64,000 nucleotides of DNA, taken from the IMG/VR virus record IMGVR_UViG_3300036985_006248, positions 32,001-96,000 of that record; one strand, given 5' to 3'. The position numbers were made by a program, and so were the translations under genes. Each line of letters starts with the position of its first letter. The stretch's first letter is position 1. Shown here in pieces: positions 53,223 to 63,739 of this stretch. The notes under the pieces were generated by a model. The model saw only the letters and a program-made list of their open reading frames with translations. It was not told where the DNA came from and did no database searches. The stretch is from a virus.

Positions 53223-54440
53223 TTAATCAACAGCAATCACGCGCTCATGGGTCTTGAAAGGCATACCATTCAGGCAATCCCTTGTAGTCATCCACATACG
53301 CTGACACTTGCTGCTGACAGGTTTCTCAGCCTGCATATCAGTCAAGACAATATGACCGTCAAACGACTGCTCATTGACATACTTAGTCGGAGCATTGAAG
53401 TCAGTACCGCCATGCTTGACACGCTCTTTCTTCTTATTCATACCCTTCTTCCAAGTGTAGACAAGCTCCTTAGCGACCTCAGTATCGAAAGGAATAACAG
53501 TGAACGTTGCAATCTTTGCAAGGTTATTCAACTCAGAGAAGAAAGACTCAAGCATCTGGTCAGACACAGAGCCAGACTGGTCGATGCTAATAGCAATCTT
53601 AGCATGACGGAGAACCTTCTTACCCGGATGAATATAAGCATACCGCTTATTGATACGCTTGACAGTCGAGGTCTTCGCAGACCGCTGCGAAGTCTTGATG
53701 AAATAGCGCAGGACAGAACGCCAATCAATCTTGCCGCTAATCCTGTCCATGATATCCTTGCGGACACTCTGGGACACAGTACCCCAACCTTGCGAAGACT
53801 TGTTGGCTTGGTCTGCCGCGTCACGCATCATTTCACGCAGGCGTTCCTTTGCCATTTCACGCAAGGTAGGGTCCAACTTCTCAGCATTCTCACCCCAACC
53901 ACTATGGTCGTCAAACGAGTCACCCTCGCCTTCACCATCTTCACCCGGCTCACCTTTGCCCTTGTCCTTGTCTCCCTTGCTCTTGTTGTCATCGGTCAGC
54001 TTGTTGTAATACCATTCGGCGCTCTCATAGAGAGGATAATCAGCGAATGGACCAACACCCGGCACACAAGCAATAGCAGGAAGCTCAGAGGCAATAAAGC
54101 TATTAATTGCAAGGTCGGCAGCAATATTCCACTTCTTAGTCATCTTGCCTTCTGGCATACGCTCAGTGACGTGACCCAAGACAAGATGATAAAACTCATG
54201 CTTGAGAACACCTGCGCGCTGCTCTCGCGTCAGCTTGTGAAAGAAGGAAGGGTTGTAAAGCATTTCAAAATGACCTTCGCTGGTAATACGAACGCCAGCG
54301 GTGGGCAGATTGGTCGAGGAACGCTTCTCGACATGACGAGAAATCTCTGCAAAGAAAGGCTCACTCTGCAAAAGGTTGTAGACGTAAATGTCAAGGTCAA
54401 ACGACTCAGCGATGACGGATTCAGTAACTTCGTTGCTCAT
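53223..54440 (-). CDS. DUF2201-type metallopeptidase-VWA protein
   Basis: HEFYH, WNIAADLAIN, DQSGS (MIDAS), GGTDF and LTD motifs. Confidence 0.88.
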   Translation of the reverse strand: MSNEVTESVIAESFDLDIYVYNLLQSEPFFAEISRHVEKRSSTNLPTAGVRITSEGHFEMLYNPSFFHKLTREQRAGVLKHEFYHLVLGHVTERMPEGKMTKKWNIAADLAINSFIASELPAIACVPGVGPFADYPLYESAEWYYNKLTDDNKSKGDKDKGKGEPGEDGEGEGDSFDDHSGWGENAEKLDPTLREMAKERLREMMRDAADQANKSSQGWGTVSQSVRKDIMDRISGKIDWRSVLRYFIKTSQRSAKTSTVKRINKRYAYIHPGKKVLRHAKIAISIDQSGSVSDQMLESFFSELNNLAKIATFTVIPFDTEVAKELVYTWKKGMNKKKERVKHGGTDFNAPTKYVNEQSFDGHIVLTDMQAEKPVSSKCQRMWMTTRDCLNGMPFKTHERVIAVD

Positions 54441-54877
54441 TGGTGGAACCTCCTACTGCGAGTGATAGACCTATTATGCCAGAAGACGCAGGGAAGTCCA
54501 ATGAAAGGTACTTATACTGGGCTTGCCCACCGACGTCGCTTTTTCATAGCTTCTTCGCTTGACATGGGCGGCTGGTTATGATATGATGCCGCGCTCACTG
54601 GTATTGCCTGCTTATCAAACAGCTTAGAAGATACATTCTGGTTATGTCGCATTACTTCTGGATGATTCAAATACTCTACTTGGTAATGCCACCAACCACT
54701 AATCTTTTTCACATCAACAGGCATTACAAGTATCTCAGTCGTTACAAACTCTCCTGTGGCACTTATAAATCTCCTACCGTTCATAATAAAAAGCTTACCA
54801 ATGTTCTTTCTGTATTTATCCTCTACTGTAGACATTCCTTTTGAGTCTCCGCGCTATATGAAATGATTGCACAAACA

Positions 54878-54910
54878 ACAAAAAGCAGGGGAGTGTGTTC
54901 TTCCCCTGCT
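54878..54910 (-). terminator. Rho-independent terminator after the AAA gene
   Basis: AGCAGGGGA...TCCCCTGC followed by TTTTT. Confidence 0.7.
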
Positions 54911-54919
54911 CAAAGGCTA

Positions 54920-55975
54920 TCACTTCTTGGCAGGAGTGCTAGGATTCAGAATCTGAATGATACGGTCAGACAGACGGTCATGAATGCGAACCGTGTTCTT
55001 GACGTTCTCACCAGACACCTGACGCCAGAATTTCATGCACACTTCGCTAGGCATGGTGAGCACATACGCGCACACAGCAGCCAGCTTGTTATCGGGCAGT
55101 TCATTCTTGAACAGACCAGAAGCGATAAGCTTGTCAGCCATACCAGTGTGGTCGTTGATGCCCCACTGAGCAGTCTTCTCAAGACGACCCTCAAAGATAT
55201 CATCAACAGTCACCTGACGCTCATACTTGTCAACGAAGTCGCGGAAGGCAACCGCAGCTTCAAAGCCAAGGAAAGCACACCCGACCTCATAGGTCGAAGA
55301 CAAGTGAGCCTTTGCATCGTTGCCAAGGAAGGCGGCAGCAGTGACGCACTCGTTGAACCGCGCCCAGCTACGGCGCGAAGGATACACCTTATTGGGTTCA
55401 AACTCTCCCTTGTGCTCAAGGTGCCCGCGATTCTGGTTGATGAAATCCCAGATGATACCATCGCAGTTGGTCTTCGCCCAAGCAAGCCAATCCTCGACAG
55501 AAGGCTCAAGGTCGAAGGTGGTCCAACGGTCAAGCTCTGCCGGGTCCATTTCGCCAACCTGATACTGCGCGCCGTGGGCACCACCATTGACAGCGGCGAA
55601 GATGATAGTATCAGGGTGCAGAGTGTGACCGTTCAGCTTGCGCGAGTCGGTCAATTCAAAGATGCCCTGACGGACCTCAAGAGTAGCACGGTCAACCTCG
55701 TCAAGAAAGAGCACACGCCCATGGTCGCAGCAATCCTTAAACCAGTCAGGCGGATTGAAGCGGGTCGAGTTACCCTCGACAGACGGCAAACCAATAAGGT
55801 CACCTTCCGTCATCTGCGAGGCGCGGCGCTCAACAACACGCATGCCCACAGAAGCCGCATACTGATAGACAGTCTCACTCTTACCAAGACCGTGACGACC
55901 GCGAATCAGTACAGGCTTCTTGACAGCAGTGATGAAAGGAACAATCTTGAGAAAGGTCTTAAAGTCAACGGCCAT
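54920..55975 (-). CDS. MoxR-like AAA+ ATPase
   Basis: GRHGLGKS, LFLDEVDR, MDPAELDR and PSRRSW motifs. Confidence 0.9.
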   Translation of the reverse strand: MAVDFKTFLKIVPFITAVKKPVLIRGRHGLGKSETVYQYAASVGMRVVERRASQMTEGDLIGLPSVEGNSTRFNPPDWFKDCCDHGRVLFLDEVDRATLEVRQGIFELTDSRKLNGHTLHPDTIIFAAVNGGAHGAQYQVGEMDPAELDRWTTFDLEPSVEDWLAWAKTNCDGIIWDFINQNRGHLEHKGEFEPNKVYPSRRSWARFNECVTAAAFLGNDAKAHLSSTYEVGCAFLGFEAAVAFRDFVDKYERQVTVDDIFEGRLEKTAQWGINDHTGMADKLIASGLFKNELPDNKLAAVCAYVLTMPSEVCMKFWRQVSGENVKNTVRIHDRLSDRIIQILNPSTPAKK

Positions 55976-56048
55976 GTGTGTTACCTCGGTGTTCAGCGAG
56001 TTATGGATAGATACTACAGGAGGTTCGGCTTTACGTCAACATCTATTT

Positions 56049-56669
56049 TTAACTTCTACGCGACCTCTTTCCCTTGAAGATATTTTCAATGCCGCTGGAA
56101 CCGTCAAGCCAATTCTTAGGGACGCTAGCGCGAATTTCGTCTGCGGGGCGGCGCGTCAAGACTCTGACACCGTGGTCCTCATTTGCTTTATTCTTCGCGT
56201 TGACAGCGTTCGCTCGGAATGAATAACCGTATGAACTGTTACTGGTAAGGCCACGTCCCATAAGCGGACGTGAATAACAATTTTTTGATTGAATGTCATC
56301 CCAGCTAATAGATTCAAGTAGATACAGGTCGTCAGAAGCCAACCCTTCCAATGTATCAAAGTCTTGGACTACACCACCGAGGTTCTTGTAATATTTGTCA
56401 TAGAGGGTAATCAATGAACCAACCCCTAAACCATTCTCAGCCATATTATCAAGCACTCGCGCTCTGAATGCGGCGTTTTCCTTGATATAGTTAATCTTGT
56501 TGCCTTTGAGAACAATACAGGTGGGTCGGGTATGACCAGAGTCCCCGCAGTAACTACAGGTACGCACCTTAGCGGTCAGCTTGGTAATAGCCTTTTGTTC
56601 TGGCGTGAGCAGGTGGCAGGTACGTCTGTTATGACCCTTAGCTCCACAATATCTGCAATGTCGCATCAT
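56049..56669 (-). CDS. Double CCHC zinc-knuckle protein
   Basis: CRYCGAKGHNRRTC and CSYCGDSGHTRPTC. Confidence 0.7.
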   Translation of the reverse strand: MMRHCRYCGAKGHNRRTCHLLTPEQKAITKLTAKVRTCSYCGDSGHTRPTCIVLKGNKINYIKENAAFRARVLDNMAENGLGVGSLITLYDKYYKNLGGVVQDFDTLEGLASDDLYLLESISWDDIQSKNCYSRPLMGRGLTSNSSYGYSFRANAVNAKNKANEDHGVRVLTRRPADEIRASVPKNWLDGSSGIENIFKGKRSRRS

Positions 56670-56842
56670 GATATAAGCCCGTTCCCTTCTTGACTGCGCG
56701 GTTCCCCTACTGATATACCTATAATACACCCACCTTGCCCACACGTCCACATCTTTTTGCATGAACAGTTCTAATCGATGCCCTCGTGCCTATTAGCCTT
56801 TTTTACTAGGACATGGCGGCTAGCTATGATATGGTGGATAAT

Positions 56843-57397
56843 TTATCCATTTAGCCCAGACCCAGACCCAGACCAAATAAAGCAGCGAGTAATTCTCACG
56901 TTTCACCAGACCCAGACCAAGACCCAGACCAAGACCAAGACCAAGACCCAGACCTAGACCTAGACCAAATAAAGCAGCGAGTAATTCTCACGTTTCACCA
57001 GACCAAGACCTAGACCCAGACCAAGACCAAGACCAAGACCTAGACCAAGACCCAGACCCAGACCTAGACCAAGACCCAGACCTAGACCCAGACCTAGACC
57101 AAGACCCAGACCAAGACCCAGACCAAGACCCAGACCAAGACCCAGACCTAGACCCAGACCTAGACCAAGACCCAGACCAAGACCCAGACCAAATAAAGCA
57201 GCGAGTAATTCTCACGTTTCACCAGACCCAGACCAAGACCCAGACCTAGACCCAGACCTAGACCAAGACCAAGACCCAGACCCAGACCCAGACCCAGACC
57301 CAGACCTAGACCCAGACCTAGACCCAGACCAAGACCCAGACCCAGACCCAGACCAAGACCCAGACCTAGACCAAATAAAGCAGCGAGTAATTCTCAT
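56843..57397 (-). repeat. Array of four coupled MRITRCFIW-(Ser-X)n mini-ORFs (57212-57397, 56988-57215, 56896-56991, 56843-56899)
   Basis: Constant TGAGAATTACTCGCTGCTTTATTTGGTCT x4, separated by runs of TCT(G/A/T)GG hexamers. Confidence 0.9.
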
Positions 57398-57399
57398 TG

Positions 57400-57684
57400 T
57401 CACTTCATGCGGATAAGTGCAGTGCCGCCTCGGTCAATAACCATTTCAAAAGCGCCTTCATGCTTCTGAACATCTTTCCCTTTGCCTGAGAAAAACTCCT
57501 TGTAGGTGCCGCTTTCGTAAACAGTGGCGGTATCAGTAAAGACAAACACTGTTCCGGTAACAGAATTCAATGTACCAGTATAGTGCAAAGTAGGAGTGCG
57601 AATATAATACTTAGCGCCAATCTTAAAGATTCCTTCTGACAATTCACCATCAGCAGCGACTTCGCGGGCATCATTGACGTTCAT
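57400..57684 (-). CDS. Small beta-rich protein, Sm/Hfq-like fold suspected
   Basis: IGAKYYIRTPTLHYTGTL..V...FVFTD...VIDRGG pattern. Confidence 0.5.
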   Translation of the reverse strand: MNVNDAREVAADGELSEGIFKIGAKYYIRTPTLHYTGTLNSVTGTVFVFTDTATVYESGTYKEFFSGKGKDVQKHEGAFEMVIDRGGTALIRMK

Positions 57685-58098
57685 GTGTTTTCCTTTGGTT
57701 AGTTACTTAAGACAGAATACACCCCTTCTGGCAGTACGTCGAGAGCTTTTTGCATGAACAGTTCTAATGTCACATGCTATACTATAAGAGGTTTTACTTG
57801 ATAGTTGGCGGCTAGGTCACTCCCACACCCCGCGAGTATAGTATACCATAGGGTGCTGGGGATATCCAGTGAAAGAATCTACTAGAAGGGTCACGCGCTA
57901 TAAGAGCTATTAATGCACGCCAGCCGCCCGCATGGTCCTATTATAGCATGGCGCTAGCGAGACGTCAATTGAATCTTTCTTATAGGAGCTATTAATACTT
58001 CTATCAGTAGACAGCCTTATTGAATATCGATATACATATTATTCTTTCTTGTAGCCCTGTATATGTTCCCGTGGTACTGTAGTTTGTGGATGAAGAGC

Positions 58099-58195
58099 GT
58101 AACCCCTTGATTTTGCAGGGATATTTGTAACATATTGTTATATAAGGGCTTTCTGTAACCCCTTGATATATAAGGGATATTTGTAACCCCTTGAT
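58099..58195. repeat. Iteron-like direct repeats GTAACCCCTTGAT x3
   Basis: Copies at 58099, 58155 and 58183 within an ~640 bp intergenic region. Confidence 0.7.
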
Positions 58196-58970
58196 AACAC
58201 GAAAAATATTCCCGGATGGGGGCGTAACTTCCTCCCTCCCAACCTCAATTTTTCACTACCTTATAAGCTGTTGTATACAGTTAAATGAGTAGCCAACCTA
58301 TTAATCGAGACATAGAGTCTACATGACCTATCTATCTACCACCAAACCACACATCTTTTATGCTATACCCTTTGGGTATATAGGACATTGCTTTCTTATG
58401 TTTGCTATCTATAAAGCAAATAGACAAAACAAGTAATATCATACTAGAGATATATATTATATACACTATCCTATCCAGTATCTGTTCACTTGTCTTTTTG
58501 CTTTTCTCTGGAATCATCCCTTAATTCTTCATATAGTTGTTGTGCATCTAATATAACTATATCCTTAAGGGGGATTAAGCTCCATTCATCTTCAAAATGA
58601 TTGAACTGTTTTTCTTTTGATTGCCACGATATAACATATCCTATCAGGTTTGGGTCTGTTGTGGGCCACGCTTTTTTACGAGGGGGTAGGGGGTGGGTAG
58701 AGGATGAGTGGGGGGTACCGGGGTAGGTACCTCCTACTCTAGCTCCTAGTACATACCCTATATAGGTTGTTGATATAGTGAATAAGTCACCAGTGCTTTT
58801 TTTCTTTATTACTGCCGATGCATCTATATGTGATGTATGATAACTTATCCAAGCTTCTTTTGGGCTCATGTAGCTATGTGTATGGAAGAAGGCTTTTGTT
58901 TTTTGTCTGTTGATTGGCCCAAAGGTCTTGTATACCATTTCACCTTCTTGCAAGATTGGTTGATTTGTGT

Positions 58971-61276
58971 TCACTTGACCTTCTTTAACATGTTTTCTAC
59001 TTTGTTTATCAACGTTCCTTCTGCTCTTGCCTTTTCATAATTGTTTAACCATTCTTCTATCAAGTAGGTATAATAATAATGTTTGTTGAATAGACCGAAC
59101 TCTGCTATTCCATTAACATGGCTTTTAGCTGTTAAATTAAATAACCAACTAATTGAATATTTATTATATCTTTCGAGGGCACGCTCAGTATCAATTACAT
59201 CATAACCTTCAATTATTCCCAAGTCTCCTTCTTCTGATAATACTAACATACCCGGCATTAATTTCATAATGTCTTTCTAAAAGCTTCGTAATGTGTTCTC
59301 ATCATTAATACATAATCAATTGGATAAGTAAGAACTCTTTCATCTAGGAGTATCATATCTTTATATTTGTAGCTGCATAGATATATCATGCTAGCATCGA
59401 TGTCAGATATGGCCACTATATAACTGAGCCAGTCACCGTCGCTTGTCATCAACAAATCACCAATCTTTAATGATATCATAGTTTATGCTTCTTTCTATGT
59501 TCAATGAAGGTCACTCTCATTTCAGCAGCCCATTCTAAATCGTATGTAAAGGTATTATATCTTTTTTTCCATTCAGCGTCGTAGCACCATCGTATACATG
59601 CGTCTCTTTCAGTAATTTTTTCTACACATCCCAATACTTTTTGTGATGACATCACGAGGTCGCCAATCTTCACCTTGACTACTACCTTATCATACATTGG
59701 CATAGTGTCTATACTCTTCAAGATTATGAATCATTTTTTCTACTTCACCAAAAAAAAGTAGGGTATCCTGCGTGCCGATGGATGAAGGTCTACTTAACCA
59801 CTCTACTCGATATCCTAGCTGTTCAAACCCTGTTATAATGCCCAAATTTTTGTCTTCAGATAATATCAGTTTTCCTAAAAACCTTTTTTTGACCCTAGCC
59901 ATTGGATTCTTCTCGGGCTTTCCACAATAAATAATTTCTTCGATAGGCATGTATCGTAGGCATAGTATAACATACTCGTTCTGAGCTTATGAGCTTATGG
60001 TACCATTCGATTTTGGTCCCGAAAGGACCAATGTAGCCGCGCCGTACATCTATTTCTATAACCATGCCAAGACTTCCTAGAGGTGACATCACCAAATCTC
60101 CAATTTCAGGGTTCGCTATACCACAATTTTCCATTTTTAAATTCGTCATATAGTTGAAGCATACTGGTTAATTCGGTTACATGATGTTTTGTTTCTTCTT
60201 GAAAAATCGTCCATTCTATTATGTACATAGGATATATTGATGAAACATTACATATTTTCATTATCATTCCCAACTGTACGGGAGGAAAGTAATATGATCG
60301 TTTTGCCACCATCTTGCCGATATACTTGTCTGTCATAGCTTAAGATTCCTTTTATATCTCAAATATACTGGTATAAGAGCTTGGATTTCTCTATCTGTAT
60401 GCCAAAGTGATTTTGGCTCTCGATTAAAGTTTGTTTGGCACCATTCCACACGCCAAACATGATAACAATCTGTCATGTCTTTTCTGCCATGACCTTCTAC
60501 TATCATACCAAAAATTGGTGGATTGTCTCTACTAATAAGTGCCTGACCGACTTTTATATTATATTTTCTTTTAATCGTCATAATCGAATATTTTTCTTAT
60601 ATTTTGACAGCAGTTTTAACATGATCTTTATTTCATTTTCTGAATAATGGGTTCTGAACCCGAATTCATGTTGTGAATTATCATATAGCCATTCAACTAT
60701 ATAAATTTGATATGGTCCACTGGATTCATAAAATCCGGGTTCTCCCATACCATTAGAAATACATTTTATCATTCCCAAGTCACCAGTGACAGACATAACG
60801 AGACGACCAACTGGTGATTTTAGCTGTTTCGCTTTTTCCATGAAAGAAATTTCTTCCTGTATTTGGAGAGGTGTCCCCCATGGACATCATACCTCGTATT
60901 TTTTGCTACGTCAATACCGGGTTCATACCACTCAATATTATAATAAAGTAATGTGCCTATATGTATTATCATCCCAAGTGTACCTTGAGGAGACATGATC
61001 AAATCACCAACGTTATAATTCGATTTTCTCATTGCCTTTTTCATTTAGTTTTTTAGTTACCAAATTATAAAAGTACCTTAAATCACTTTCACGATATTGT
61101 TGATACTCCGTGGTTCCATCTGGGTTGAACCATGCTATGCTATAAAACTTCGGAAGAAGCTGACTTTGTGTGTACCTGTTCCTACGTGCCACTATCCCAA
61201 AAAGAGTTTCTGATGTTGATGCCGTGGAAAAGCGTATAACTAATTTACCGATATGTTTATCTTTCTGGTCGGGCAT
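58971..61276 (-). CDS. Second tandem array of 10 small SH3/KOW-like paralogs
   Basis: Pattern (I/V)GxL(V/I)MS..G.LG(M/I)I...Y.IEW. Confidence 0.65.
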
Positions 61277-61286
61277 ACAATCTTTC

Positions 61287-61697
61287 TTACACTAAATTCT
61301 TCTCACAATCAAGACAGATATTCTGGATCCAGTGTCCAAGCTTGCTTTGCGGGCACTTATTAAGACTAGTCAGTTCTACTCCACAAGTCTCACAAATACG
61401 CACACTCTTCTCTTCGGTATCAGTTATGAACTGATAAATGTCTGTAATAGTTTGTTCATCAACAAGACACACACCACCCTCATCATAGCTAAATTCCACA
61501 TAGAAACGCAGTCCACCAAATTTCTCCTTCACTTGTACTGCACGGCAATGCTTTGTTTTGTTAGAAATAAAGCTTGCTATCTCGGTTATAAGTTTAATCC
61601 ACCCATCACCGCATTCAAAAAACAAATTTTCACCAAATACGGTTGGAAATTCTACTCCTAGCTGCTTTTCACTTTTTTCAGTCATTTTGTTCTCCAT
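61287..61697 (-). CDS. Conserved phage hypothetical protein
   Basis: CGDGW, QVKEKFGGLRFY and CETCG motifs. Confidence 0.65.
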   Translation of the reverse strand: MENKMTEKSEKQLGVEFPTVFGENLFFECGDGWIKLITEIASFISNKTKHCRAVQVKEKFGGLRFYVEFSYDEGGVCLVDEQTITDIYQFITDTEEKSVRICETCGVELTSLNKCPQSKLGHWIQNICLDCEKNLV

Positions 61698-62366
61698 ATG
61701 AAAATGCCCCCTAGCTTGTGCTAGGGGGCATGTGTTTTTCAACTATTCAATTTTTGTTATCGCTTTTAATTCAGCGAGCGCGATACTGCAACTCTTTGCT
61801 AAGGAATGACTGGAAAGCACGAGCTTCAGCCAGTGTCATTACGAATCGACGTGCAGGGCCACTATCATCGGTAGGCTTCCACAAAACCACATCCGACGTA
61901 CCACCGTGGCGCGTGTCACCGCGACGGATACCCATACCGATACGGCGAAGTACATGCTCACGCTTGTAGTTACCATTCTCGGTTACGTTGTAAACGCTGC
62001 GTGAATTACGGGTACGGTTAGTCATTTTTTATCCTTTGGTTGGGGAGTCTTTCGACTCGGCTACATTTCTACTATACACCTACTTCGTTCTGCGGTATAC
62101 AACTTTGTTTTTTATCTTCTATTCAATTTTCGGGATCCATATTTGTGCTCTCTGTGTTTCTCCCAATATACTTGTATACGTACTGCTGCTACATCACAAT
62201 CTTCTGGGAGTGGCTTTGCTGCTCCAATAATCACTGGAAATGGTTTGCGTTTGTTATGAAGATATGGTCCACCACCCGCGCCACAGATATTGCATATATA
62301 GAATGTCTCTATTCCATACAGGCCAAAATCAATGTCTTCCAACTCCCAGACATGTGCTTTCATTTT

Positions 62367-63362
62367 TTATATTTTGTTAGGACTTTCTGACCAGTGGATT
62401 TTCACTTCTGGGACTTGTTCTGCTATCCACTCCTTCATCATACTCTCACTATTGAAGGAAAGCAAGCTTCCTTTTTTATCGTAGGCTTTCCATACTCCTA
62501 AGCTACGAAGAATATCAACCTTATTAACCACGAGATCGGTTACACCATTGATATCAATAGCCTTTTTTAAGAGTGACACATTTATCCAGTTGCATTGACG
62601 AGGGCGACCCGTGGTTGCACCGTACTCATTTCCTAATTCACGAATCTTTTTGAAGATTGGCTCGTCTGGTTCATATTTTTTGCCACCGACGTAGGTTTCA
62701 TACATTTTAGTAACACCCCAAACTTTACTGATTTTCCTAGGTGGCACTCCATTGAGAATAGCGGCTCCAACTGTACATGAGGAACTGGTTACATAAGGAT
62801 AGTCACCCCAATCTATATCTAAACCAAAGCCTTGAGCCCCTTCAAATAGAATGCGGTGCTTGTCTTTGCTAGAATATAATTCTTCATATAGGTCTATCAG
62901 ATAAGGTTTAAGTATTTCAACTTGTTCTGCTCTTAGCCCTTGTCTTGAATACTTATCAGCATAAGCTGGCCCGTTGCCGCGTTTAGTGGTGCCAATCTTA
63001 ACATCTTTTCTATCTTGCTCTAAATGTTCTTCCGTGATGATATGTACGTTCTTAGCGATGTAAACCAAGCCTTCAGTTTTAACACCCGCTTCAGTCAGCT
63101 CTTTCAATTCATCAAAGAACTGTTTAACATTCATAACACAACCGGGGCCAATGATAGACTTTATACCCATCACTACACCAGTTGGTATTGAATGAGTTAC
63201 AATCTTCTTTCCTTCATGGTATATTGTGTGGCCTGCGTTATTCGAACCTTGAAACCTTATACAATGTGTATATTCACCGCTTTTACAAAGCTGATGACAT
63301 ACTTTACCTTTACCGCTATCACCATACGCCAAATCTACTATTACGTCTGCAAACTCAATCAT
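62367..63362 (-). CDS. purA: Adenylosuccinate synthetase (short form)
   Basis: GDSGKGK, NAGHT, GTTKRGNGPAY, EGAQG, YPYVTSS and GATTGRPR motifs. Confidence 0.92.
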   Translation of the reverse strand: MIEFADVIVDLAYGDSGKGKVCHQLCKSGEYTHCIRFQGSNNAGHTIYHEGKKIVTHSIPTGVVMGIKSIIGPGCVMNVKQFFDELKELTEAGVKTEGLVYIAKNVHIITEEHLEQDRKDVKIGTTKRGNGPAYADKYSRQGLRAEQVEILKPYLIDLYEELYSSKDKHRILFEGAQGFGLDIDWGDYPYVTSSSCTVGAAILNGVPPRKISKVWGVTKMYETYVGGKKYEPDEPIFKKIRELGNEYGATTGRPRQCNWINVSLLKKAIDINGVTDLVVNKVDILRSLGVWKAYDKKGSLLSFNSESMMKEWIAEQVPEVKIHWSESPNKI

Positions 63363-63456
63363 GTTGAACCCTTTATAGTCATATGAACAACTAGTTTTTT
63401 CATTTGCTTAGGCTTTCCTGCTTCCTTAATATTTTTGTTTTTAATCTTAATTTTCA

Positions 63457-63739
63457 TTAACTTTCTTCAAATGGTTCATCTTCGGCAGCAATATAATCAT
63501 CGCTGTATTCTGCTTCGTTAACCGCCTCATCGTTGTCTTCATAATCTTCAAATTTGCGTGTGCTGATTTTTGCTGAAGCCCAGTAATATTCTTCTTCTTC
63601 TATCTCTGCAATATGAGCTTCGACAATTTCTTGGTGTTCTTCATCTAACAAATCTAATTCTACAAACTCTTCAAGCTTTTCACGAGCATCTTCTGGAGCT
63701 AATTTGCCGCTCTCTAGACCTTTACAAATCATGCACATA
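63457..63739 (-). CDS. Acidic hypothetical protein
   Basis: MCMICK start; very Glu/Asp-rich. Confidence 0.5.

Noticed and set aside
53247-56077. Long plus-strand ORFs (444 aa and 404 aa)
   Set aside because: They are antisense shadows of the GC-richer VWA and MoxR genes and show no motifs. The same applies to the other plus-strand ORFs.
56843-57397. CRISPR array
   Set aside because: The spacers are low-complexity hexamer runs of very unequal length that preserve ORFs, and there is no cas operon.
62367-63362. PurZ (2-aminoadenine DNA pathway)
   Set aside because: The catalytic Asp is retained (GDSGKG), whereas PurZ has Ser there. No datZ or mazZ is visible nearby.
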